This document shows positions 1-9,337 of a stretch of 14,242 nt of DNA, piece by piece. The position numbers and the translations under genes are program-made. The stretch lies in assembly GCA_964454175.1 (NCBI GenBank), contig CAYVSA010000051.1, positions 1-14,242 of the forward strand. Reading direction: 5' to 3'. This DNA comes from an uncultured Pseudomonadota bacterium. GTDB taxonomy: Bacteria > BMS3Abin14. The notes under the pieces were generated by a model. It was not told the DNA's origin. It did no database searches and saw only the letters and a list, made by a program, of their open reading frames with translations. Each line of letters begins with the position of its first letter. The stretch's first letter is position 1.

Positions 1-60
1 GCGTCTTAGATGCACTATTCTATGCGCCAATAGTAATATCAAAAATGATTGAGATGTGGT

Positions 61-139
61 GGGGGGGGTGTTGAGGTAGGGGGGGGGGGGGGGGAGGGGG
101 TCCAAGGTCCGACGTGGAGGATTAACCTGGGCCTTGGAC
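61..139. repeat. G-rich tract (G8, G16, G5) plus GTCCAAGG/CCTTGGAC inverted repeat
   Basis: G runs at 61-68, 79-94 and 96-100. An 8-bp inverted repeat at 100-107 / 132-139 lies just downstream of the kinase stop. Confidence 0.7.
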
Positions 140-144
140 ACTAA

Positions 145-1590
145 CTATACATCTCTCATCCTAGCCAGCATGGCATCCTCCCAGGCCCGATAGCGCAGCA
201 CGATCCCCTTGCCGGTCTCAGGTTTAAACCATTTTCCTCTGCCTGGTGTGGCCCATTTTTCGGGCATGTTGGCAAGGAGAAAACAGGTTCCCCTTGCAGT
301 GGCCTCAGTCTCGGGGGGCCTGTAGACAGGGAGATGGGTGAGATCGGCGAGTTTCTGGCAGAGGCCGTTCAAGCGGGAGAGGCCGCCTGTGATCCTGATC
401 TCTTCGGGAGGCGCCATGCTCTTGTTCATCTCGTTCAGGTTGGCGTTGATCAGAAAAACAATGCTCTCCAGAACAGCCACGATCTTATCGCGCTCCGCAC
501 CGTTGCCAATAAATTCAGATATAAAATCAGGGACCCAGAAAGGGGCCGCAAGGCCTGAGATGCCGTTTAGAAATAACGGTGGTTTTTTTACGCTTCCCAG
601 CCATCTCGGAAGCTTATTGAATATGTCTTCCTGGTTCAGTTCTCTCTTTACCCACTCCATGGCACTGCCCGCCCCGTTGACGGTTCCTTCCAGGACGTAT
701 AGGTCCTCTTCCGGCAGTTGGTGGGCAAGGCTGGTTAGCAGCCGCCGTCCGGAAACAGGCTCATTCCCTGTTGCCCTCAAGACAAATGCGCCCGTGCCGG
801 CGTTTATATACAGGTTCTCGCTGTTTAGCTTTCCGCCGGAAAACAGGGCTGCGGGCTGGTCTCCCGTTACCAGGTTAAGGGGTATTTCTCCGCTGACGAG
901 GTTAATACGTCCGAACTCGTACCCGTTCGGGACGCATCTGGGTAGGGAATTGAAGGGAAGACTGAACATGTCCACAAGATCGGCGTCCCAATCTCCCTTG
1001 TGGATATTCCACAAAAGGGTTCTGGAAGCGCTTACCGGATCTGAGATGAAGGGTTTTTCCCTGGTGATGTTGCGGACAATAAAGCTGCTCATTGGGCCAA
1101 TACACAGCCGGTCTGTCGAAAGGGCTTCTTTAACATCCGACAGATTGTCCAGGCACCACTTCAGCTTGCTGGCGCCATAGTGGGGAGATAAAAAGAGGCC
1201 GGTTTTCATGTGGATCTCGACCTCGCTCTTTTTAAACTCGCTCAATTCGTCCCTGGCGCGGGTGTCCTGCCAGCTGATCACTGGGGACAGGGCGTGTCCG
1301 GTTTCCCTGTCCCAGCACACTACATTGGAGCGCTGGGTGGCCAAACCGGCCGAAACGATGTTACCAGCCTTTTCCTTGAGGGCAGCGCAGACTTCTTCAA
1401 TACTGTTGTTAATGGAGGCCATCAACTGTTCAGCGTCATGTTCGACGTAGCCCTTCCTGGGCCGGAAGGTTTCAAGGGTGTTCTGCGATTCAGCTATCTG
1501 TCTGCCCGCGGAGTCAAAAACAATGGCCCTGCTTGCGTGCCCCCCCTGGTCAATAGCCAGGTACAGCTCTCCGTTACTATTTCCAATCAA
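145..1590 (-). CDS. FGGY-family carbohydrate kinase, glycerol-kinase-like (divergent)
   Basis: Motifs AIDQGGHASR, TQRS..VCWD, WQDTR, ASRTLLWNI, GDQPAA, GTGAF, LEG, GLAAPFW and ETEATARG parallel the GlpK/FGGY motifs. Start placed at the in-frame TTG at 1590, which has a GGGGGAG SD at 1596-1602. The ORF track start is ATG 1641. Confidence 0.88.
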   Translation of the reverse strand: MIGNSNGELYLAIDQGGHASRAIVFDSAGRQIAESQNTLETFRPRKGYVEHDAEQLMASINNSIEEVCAALKEKAGNIVSAGLATQRSNVVCWDRETGHALSPVISWQDTRARDELSEFKKSEVEIHMKTGLFLSPHYGASKLKWCLDNLSDVKEALSTDRLCIGPMSSFIVRNITREKPFISDPVSASRTLLWNIHKGDWDADLVDMFSLPFNSLPRCVPNGYEFGRINLVSGEIPLNLVTGDQPAALFSGGKLNSENLYINAGTGAFVLRATGNEPVSGRRLLTSLAHQLPEEDLYVLEGTVNGAGSAMEWVKRELNQEDIFNKLPRWLGSVKKPPLFLNGISGLAAPFWVPDFISEFIGNGAERDKIVAVLESIVFLINANLNEMNKSMAPPEEIRITGGLSRLNGLCQKLADLTHLPVYRPPETEATARGTCFLLANMPEKWATPGRGKWFKPETGKGIVLRYRAWEDAMLARMRDV

Positions 1591-1694
1591 ACCCTGCTCC
1601 CCCGATCCTGCTGTATGGCCTTCACCTGTACATAATTGCACAGGAAGGCGCCGGGGGGCAAGGGGGTTAGCTTGGGCAGGAGGTTAGATAAAGT

Positions 1695-1806
1695 TCCAGG
1701 TCCCAGGTAAGGTTGAAAGTCAGGAATTCAACACTTGAAACCAGAAACTGGAAGCAGAAATTGGAAACTGGCACCTGGGGCCTGGGACTTGAAACCTGGG
1801 ACCGGA
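1695..1806. repeat. Degenerate heptamer tandem array with flanking inverted repeat
   Basis: GAAACCA GAAACTG GAAGCA GAAATTG GAAACTG GCACCTG GGGCCTG GGACTTG AAACCTG GGACCGG (1737-1805). GGTCCCAGGT (1699-1708) is the exact reverse complement of ACCTGGGACC (1794-1803). Confidence 0.8.
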
Positions 1807-1821
1807 GCAACGCGACCCACA

Positions 1822-2501
1822 TCACTTTCCGATCACAAACAGCGCCGAGGATGCCCTCATGTTCGGCCACGATCTCACGTTGTATGGCTGGCCATCACTG
1901 CGAAATGACATGTAAATTTCCCTGTTAACCTTGAACCCCAGATCGAGACAAAGCTCCCTGAAATCCTGGACTGTTACCAGCCTGATGTTGGGCGTGTTGT
2001 GCCACTGGTAAGGCAAGGTCGGATTTACGGGGAGCCGGCCGGTGAGGGCCAGCTGGAACCGGGTCTTGTAAAAGGCGAAATTTGTAAAGGTAACTGCGGC
2101 CTTTCGGCCCACCCGCAGCGCTTCAATGAGAAGAGCAGCCGGATCCCGTATCACAGATATAACCTGATTCAGTATAACTATATCAAAGGTATGATCCCCC
2201 AGGTCGGCAAGACCCTGCTCCAGATCGCCCTGTATCACCGTGAGCCCCTGTGAAATGGCCTCCGTAACAGCACTGCCGTCGATCTCAATGCCCTGTTCGG
2301 TGACATTTTTTTTACTCTTGATCCAGAGAAGGAGGTCACCCTGACCACATCCAAGGTCCAGTATCCTGTCGCCGTCACCGACGCATTCAGTGATCGGACC
2401 GTCCAGAACACGGTCGCGTTTATGGGTCAGGCTCCAGTCTACTTCAGGAGCAGTCAGAACCGCTTTACGACGGTCGTTAAAAGTTTTCTTCTCTGCCAGA
2501 C

Positions 2502-2505
<4 letters not shown>
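1822..2505 (-). CDS. metW: Methionine biosynthesis protein MetW (class I SAM-methyltransferase fold)
   Basis: ILDLGCGQG SAM-binding motif, VIQGDLEQGL, FTNFAFYKTR and LPYQWHNTPNIRL..VQDF are typical of MetW. It overlaps metX by 4 nt (ATGA). Confidence 0.93.
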
Positions 2506-5097
<2,592 letters not shown>

Positions 5098-5147
5098 TTA
5101 GTGGAGTAGGGTAGTTCAGCTGTGCTCCAAGTACCGTTTGACGGTCC

Positions 5148-5276
5148 TTAGAGCAGGGGCATGGCACATGAGTACATGGACCCACGCTCTGAAAAAAGCA
5201 GGTCGAAGAGCCGTGCATAGTGAGATACGTGCACAGTGATGTTCTGGTTGAAGCTGTTTTCTTGCGTTTTTTTCAT
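5148..5276 (-). CDS. Putative 42-aa leader peptide of the met operon (MKKTQENSFNQNITVHVSHYARLFDLLFSERGSMYSCAMPLL)
   Basis: ATG 5276 to TAA 5148 lies inside the predicted metY leader. Met34, Cys37 and Met39 cluster near the stop. There is no clear SD, so translation is unproven. Confidence 0.35.
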   Translation of the reverse strand: MKKTQENSFNQNITVHVSHYARLFDLLFSERGSMYSCAMPLL

Positions 5277-5352
5277 TAAAGGCCAATCTTTATCATGTTT
5301 CTTGTGTATGTTGCCGCGCCAATCTTGATTTAAAAGATTAAGTAATAGAATC

Positions 5353-5381
5353 TGTATAGAGTAGTTTGGGGTGCAAGTCAA
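5353..5381 (-). promoter_or_regulatory. Candidate sigma70 promoter for metY-metX-metW
   Basis: Minus strand TTGACT (5381-5376), 17-nt spacer, TATACA (5358-5353), with AT-rich sequence upstream. Confidence 0.5.
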
Positions 5382-5470
5382 GGTAATTTTTCAGAAAAAT
5401 AATTGTATTCACACATATTTTGCCGTGAAACATGATGTTAGTGATTCCGTCAGGGGAAGATAGTATATAT

Positions 5471-5750
5471 CCCCCTCTCCTCAATCCTCTCCCACCATCA
5501 GTCTTCGCTTAAGCTAGGTCCCGACAGGATGGAGGGGTGTAAACTTCGATACATCGACACCTCGATACCTCAACACCTCGTTACTTATCCACTGACTCCT
5601 GCCTTCTGCCTGTCCAACCTGCGGTTGGAGTCAAACGACCCAGGACCTTAGCCAACAGCTTACAGCCTCTAGCCCAGAGCCTATCGCCTGCCCTGAGCAT
5701 CGCCCCTGACTTAGTCGAAGGGCCAATATCCAATTTCCAATACCCGATGC
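5471..5750. repeat. Composite intergenic repeat block (REP-like palindromes plus octamer and heptamer arrays)
   Basis: CCCTCTCC..CCTCTCCC (5473-5493); five ACCTCGAT-type octamers (5543-5582); TCCAACC-TGC-GGTTGGA palindrome (5613-5629); six heptamers of the nnAGCCn type (5648-5689); GCCCTGAGC...GTCGAAGGGC (5690-5723); CCAATAT/CCAATTT/CCAATAC/CCGATGC (5723-5750). Confidence 0.8.
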
Positions 5751-5774
5751 TCTGACTCACAGAACAGCACACTA

Positions 5775-5803
5775 TTGACGTTGAGGGCGAGAAAATATAA
5801 CAT
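5775..5803 (+). promoter_or_regulatory. Candidate sigma70 promoter for the 5862 and 6197 genes
   Basis: TTGACG (5775-5780), 17-nt spacer, TAACAT (5798-5803). Confidence 0.55.
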
Positions 5804-5861
5804 TTTACCTGGTATATGCTTTTAACAGTAGAAACGAAGGTGCGGAAAGGGGGGTGCTGTC

Positions 5862-6158
5862 TTGCTGAAAATTCAAATTGAGGGACACGAGTTCAGCCTG
5901 GTCATGGTTCCAGGCCTCTTGCTGGAAAAACCTGGCGTTGTTGTGGTCCAGGTGACAGTAGATGGTGTAGGCCGGATCCTGGATGTTATTGATTCAGTTA
6001 ATCCGCTGGCGACTATAGATAACCATCCGCAAAAGGATACCTGGGAAATTATGGGAGGGGGCAAGACGTCCTTTGCGGTGCACTACGACGACAACGATGC
6101 GCGCCGAAAGATGATCTTGGAGGATGTTCAGAGATCCATCACCGGCCAGGGTTCGTGA
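5862..6158 (+). CDS. Hypothetical 98-aa protein, possibly a degenerate GIY-YIG-like fold
   Basis: TTG start after a purine-rich GGAAAGGGGGG SD, downstream of a plausible promoter. Globular composition. The fold call is pattern recognition only. Confidence 0.65.
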   Translation: MLKIQIEGHEFSLVMVPGLLLEKPGVVVVQVTVDGVGRILDVIDSVNPLATIDNHPQKDTWEIMGGGKTSFAVHYDDNDARRKMILEDVQRSITGQGS

Positions 6159-6196
6159 TTTATTGAAGATATGCCTTTGTGTCATGGGAGATCGCG

Positions 6197-6463
6197 ATGA
6201 AAAAGATACTGATCACGCTAGTATGCCTGGCTCTTCTGGTACCGGCTTTAAGCGCTTTCGGCATCGAGATCCTGGAGGAAAAGAAGATCGATGTCGACAG
6301 GGACGGGAAAATAATTGCAATCACCCAGCTGCTTTGCGTTGATGGTAAGAAATTCGTTCAGACAGTTGCCGCTGGCACCGGCTCCGATGTGGGTGTTGCC
6401 ATTGTTCAGATATATGATGTGCGGGCAGGAACCATGATGCCCGTCAAGTGCGGTGGAAATTAA
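6197..6463 (+). CDS. Small secreted hypothetical protein (88 aa, Sec signal peptide, two Cys in the mature part)
   Basis: GGGAG SD at 6186-6190, then ATG 6197. MKKILITLVCLALLVPALSA is a classic n/h/c signal ending in L-S-A. Confidence 0.8.
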   Translation: MKKILITLVCLALLVPALSAFGIEILEEKKIDVDRDGKIIAITQLLCVDGKKFVQTVAAGTGSDVGVAIVQIYDVRAGTMMPVKCGGN

Positions 6464-6485
6464 ATGCGCTTATAATGGATCTGAG

Positions 6486-6540
6486 CCGCCCTGGAGGGCG
6501 GAACAGGTTTTGGGTACAGCATCCTGAAAGATCCTGTTCG
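6486..6540. terminator. Hairpins between convergent genes (possible bidirectional terminator)
   Basis: CCGCCC-TGGA-GGGCGG followed by GAACAGG...CCTGTTC, between the stops at 6463 (+) and 6543 (-). No long U-tract. Confidence 0.35.
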
Positions 6541-6542
6541 GG

Positions 6543-6728
6543 TTATTTTCGCTTTTTTCTTGCCATGAACTCGCCGGCAGCAAAAGCCAGACCCGCAACG
6601 GAGTATATGATTATCAGTTTCTGAACCTTGTCTTCGACAAGCATGGACAGCATGAACCCCGCGAGCAGCCCCGCGAAAAGGTGAGTTTTAGGGTGACGTT
6701 TTTTTGGAAACCAGTTTTTTTTCTTCAC
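6543..6728 (-). CDS. Small membrane protein (61 aa, two predicted TM helices)
   Basis: GTG start with an upstream AGGA. Basic N- and C-termini flank two hydrophobic segments (LFAGLLAGFMLSMLV and LIIIYSVAGLAFAAG), fitting the positive-inside rule. Confidence 0.65.
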   Translation of the reverse strand: MKKKNWFPKKRHPKTHLFAGLLAGFMLSMLVEDKVQKLIIIYSVAGLAFAAGEFMARKKRK

Positions 6729-6868
6729 GATCAGGATCTTCCTGCTGTCATCAGCAGTTATAATTTCTTGTTTTAAAGCTCTGTGCCCACGTCAGGCCAG
6801 GCAAGTTCAGGCCAGTGTAATGATTCAGAAAAAATTAGCAAGGGCCATAACGTTCAAAGGAGGTTTTG

Positions 6869-7438
6869 ATGCTGAAAGACCTGGTTCTTAGAAACCGCAG
6901 CTACAGGCGTTTTTACGGAAATGAGGAAATTGGCAGGCAGACCCTGGAAGGCCTGGTGGATCTTGCCAGGCTCACCGGTTCTACTGCCAACAGACAGCCG
7001 TTAAAGTACTTTATCTCCTGCGATCGGGCTACTAACGAGAAAATTTATCCCTATCTTGCATGGGCTGGCTACCTGCAGGACTGGCCTGGTCCCGATGAGG
7101 AGGAACGTCCTTCCGCATATATAGTTGTCCTCGGCGACACGAGCATCGCCAAGTCCTTTGACAACGACAGCGGCATCACCTCCCAGACGATAATGCTGGG
7201 TGCTGTAGAAAAAGGCCTGGGGGGCTGTATTATCGGGTCCATCAAGAGGGAGGGCCTGGCAAAAGAGCTCGGTGTTCCCGACAACTTCCAGATACTTATG
7301 GTGCTGGCGCTGGGCAGGCCCAAGGAAAAAGTTGTGCTCGATCCAATTGCAGATGACGAGATCAAGTACTGGAGGGACGATGAAGGGGTCCATCACGTTC
7401 CGAAACGAACCCTGGAAGAAGTACTAGTCAGCTTCTGA
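6869..7438 (+). CDS. Nitroreductase-family flavoprotein (FMN-binding)
   Basis: N-terminal RSYRRF, STANRQP, D.GI..QTIMLGAVEKGLGGCIIG, LALGRP and C-terminal HHVPKR. AGGAGG SD at 6858-6863. Confidence 0.93.
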   Translation: MLKDLVLRNRSYRRFYGNEEIGRQTLEGLVDLARLTGSTANRQPLKYFISCDRATNEKIYPYLAWAGYLQDWPGPDEEERPSAYIVVLGDTSIAKSFDNDSGITSQTIMLGAVEKGLGGCIIGSIKREGLAKELGVPDNFQILMVLALGRPKEKVVLDPIADDEIKYWRDDEGVHHVPKRTLEEVLVSF

Positions 7439-8647
7439 GTGATCCAGAGCCGGCTGGGCCCTGTCCCTGGTCATGGCGATGAGAACTGCAACTGCAAGCA
7501 CCATAAGAGCCGAAAAAAAGGCCAGGGCAGGGAAAGAGTAACCGATCCCGAAGCGCTCCTCGACGACGGCGAGCATTCTTACTGCAAAAGCCCCCACGCC
7601 GAAAGTGACGATGAACTTGGCGCCGAATGCGGTGTGGTGGAATCGCTGGGGCGTAGCGTGAGCAAAGAGAGCGTTTTCCACCGGCTGCATCCCCAGCAGG
7701 AAGAAGAAATATACGAAAACAAAAAATACCAGGGTCGACTCGGAAAATACTGCAATAAGTACTGCGCAGGGGATGGTGACAGCGTTGAAGACAAGGTAGC
7801 AGTAACGCTGATCGAAGATATCTGCAATACGACCGCCGAGGTACTGCCCCGCCATCCCAACGAGAAAAATGGAAGAGGTGATCGACGTCGCTACCAGGTT
7901 TCGTGATGCGCCGCCACCCGCCAGGTCCGACAGTAGCCGATAAAGGGTCTGGAGTTTAAGTTCGAAGTAGGCAGGGGTGATCACTGTGGCCCCCCTGTAG
8001 ACTACTCCACCGAGCATGGCGGAAACAAGGAGCACACACAGGATCACCAGCCAGCTCCCGCCCTCCTTGTGCAACTGAGTATCCTGTCTTACGGGCTGGC
8101 TGCTGTCCGACGACCTTGCCAGGAACAGCCCGGCCAGGTTCATGATGCCCAGCATGATGTAGACTGCCCGTGGTCCCCATACCCAGGTGAACACGCCGGC
8201 AAGAAGGGGCGCAGCGGCCATGCCCAGGTTTCCGAACATGCCCACGATCCCCATACCTACGCTGACACTCTCTGATGACTTTGAGATCATGCCGAGGCCG
8301 ATGGGATGGTATATGCCCGAGAAAAAGCCGATACCCGCAAGGGAGTAGACCAGGGCAGTCGGGGAGTTAATCCACCATGCTGCGGCCAGCCCGCACAGTC
8401 CCGAGCCAAGGTAAAAAGCCCTCATCAGGATATCTGCACCCCACCTGTCTGCCGCAAGTCCCCAGGGCAGTGCAGTCAACCCAAGCAGCAGGTACATCCA
8501 CAGGGATAACTGCAGCGTCTGCGCGAGGGGCAGATTCAGCCTGGCCGACAGGGGCAGTACAACTGCCGGAAACACCAGCATGTTGAAATGGGAAAGAAAG
8601 TGCCCGTAGCTCGTGTTTATCAGGATGCTTGACCCACGATTATTCAA
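7424..8647 (-). CDS. Major facilitator superfamily transporter (Fsr-like)
   Basis: About 12 hydrophobic segments, motif A (GLAADRWG; GRIADIF), GHFLSH and GIYHP. Start set at the in-frame TTG at 8647 with a GGAGA SD. The ORF-track extension to 9031 runs antisense into dctQ. Confidence 0.9.
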   Translation of the reverse strand: MNNRGSSILINTSYGHFLSHFNMLVFPAVVLPLSARLNLPLAQTLQLSLWMYLLLGLTALPWGLAADRWGADILMRAFYLGSGLCGLAAAWWINSPTALVYSLAGIGFFSGIYHPIGLGMISKSSESVSVGMGIVGMFGNLGMAAAPLLAGVFTWVWGPRAVYIMLGIMNLAGLFLARSSDSSQPVRQDTQLHKEGGSWLVILCVLLVSAMLGGVVYRGATVITPAYFELKLQTLYRLLSDLAGGGASRNLVATSITSSIFLVGMAGQYLGGRIADIFDQRYCYLVFNAVTIPCAVLIAVFSESTLVFFVFVYFFFLLGMQPVENALFAHATPQRFHHTAFGAKFIVTFGVGAFAVRMLAVVEERFGIGYSFPALAFFSALMVLAVAVLIAMTRDRAQPALDHSEAD

Positions 8648-8695
8648 AGTACAGTTTCTCCGGGTTGAGATTACGGGACTGCAGTAAAACACTAT

Positions 8696-8725
8696 TTGAC
8701 AGGGTAGTGCAAACCGTAATAATGT
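8696..8725 (+). promoter_or_regulatory. Candidate sigma70 promoter for the TRAP operon
   Basis: Consensus TTGACA (8696-8701), with AATAAT at a 16-nt spacing or TAATGT at an 18-nt spacing. Confidence 0.5.
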
Positions 8726-8803
8726 ATCTGAACTTTTATCGGTTGCCAATAAATCCTTTTCATAGAGCCATACGCCAGTTAACGACACAAGAACAGACAT
8801 TTT

Positions 8804-9337
8804 ATGACGATCTTCTTCCGCAACCTCTGCCGGACCATCGACTCGCTCAACGAGTGGGTCGGGAAAGTTGTGGCGTGGGGGACGGGTTTGGTCGTAGCTG
8901 TCGTGTTCGTTGACGTGGTCATGCGTTACGCCTTCAACACCAGCTTCGTTTTCACCCAGGAGCTGGAGTGGCACCTTTTCGCCTTCATCTTCCTCATGGG
9001 GGCGGGCTACACTCTCCTGAAGGAGGGCCACGTCCGGGTCGACATCTTCTACCAGCGGATGAGCCCGAAGACCCGTGCCTGGGTAAACCTCATCGGTGTT
9101 TTATTCTTCCTGCTGCCGGGCTGTTTCATGATAATCGAGACTTCCATCAGGTTCGTTCAGGCTTCCTTTTCAGTGATGGAAGGGTCACCCGACCCGGGGG
9201 GGATTCCCTTCCGGTTCATACTCAAAGCGTGCATACCAGCTGGAATTTCCCTGGTCTTCATCCAGGGTATCTCCCTCGGAATAAAGAGCTTCTTTACCAT
9301 CATTGGCAAGGACCTCGAACTGAAGGCCGGTGAATGA
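8804..9337 (+). CDS. dctQ: TRAP transporter small permease subunit
   Basis: Four TM segments, DVVMRY, QELEWHLF, GHVRVDIFY and EGSPDPGG. ATGA overlap with dctM. Confidence 0.93.
   Translation: MTIFFRNLCRTIDSLNEWVGKVVAWGTGLVVAVVFVDVVMRYAFNTSFVFTQELEWHLFAFIFLMGAGYTLLKEGHVRVDIFYQRMSPKTRAWVNLIGVLFFLLPGCFMIIETSIRFVQASFSVMEGSPDPGGIPFRFILKACIPAGISLVFIQGISLGIKSFFTIIGKDLELKAGE

Noticed and set aside
338-1180. 280-aa plus-strand ORF
   Set aside because: Entirely antisense to the FGGY kinase, Ser/Arg/Pro-rich with no motifs; a shadow ORF.
1667-1928. Short ORFs across the metW-kinase spacer
   Set aside because: They are translations of the heptamer array and partly overlap metW.
5543-5750. Possible CRISPR array or 63-aa ORF (5581-5772)
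   Set aside because: The units are 7-8 nt degenerate tandem repeats without unique spacers, there are no cas genes, and the ORF is just translated repeat sequence.
5775-6728. Integron cassette array or toxin-antitoxin pair among the small genes
   Set aside because: No attC-like RYYYAAC...GTTRRRY structures with matching arms, no integrase and no TA motifs recognised.
8648-9031. 128-aa N-terminal extension of the MFS ORF
   Set aside because: Overlaps dctQ antisense and the divergent promoter region. MFS-like sequence starts at TTG 8647, which has an SD.
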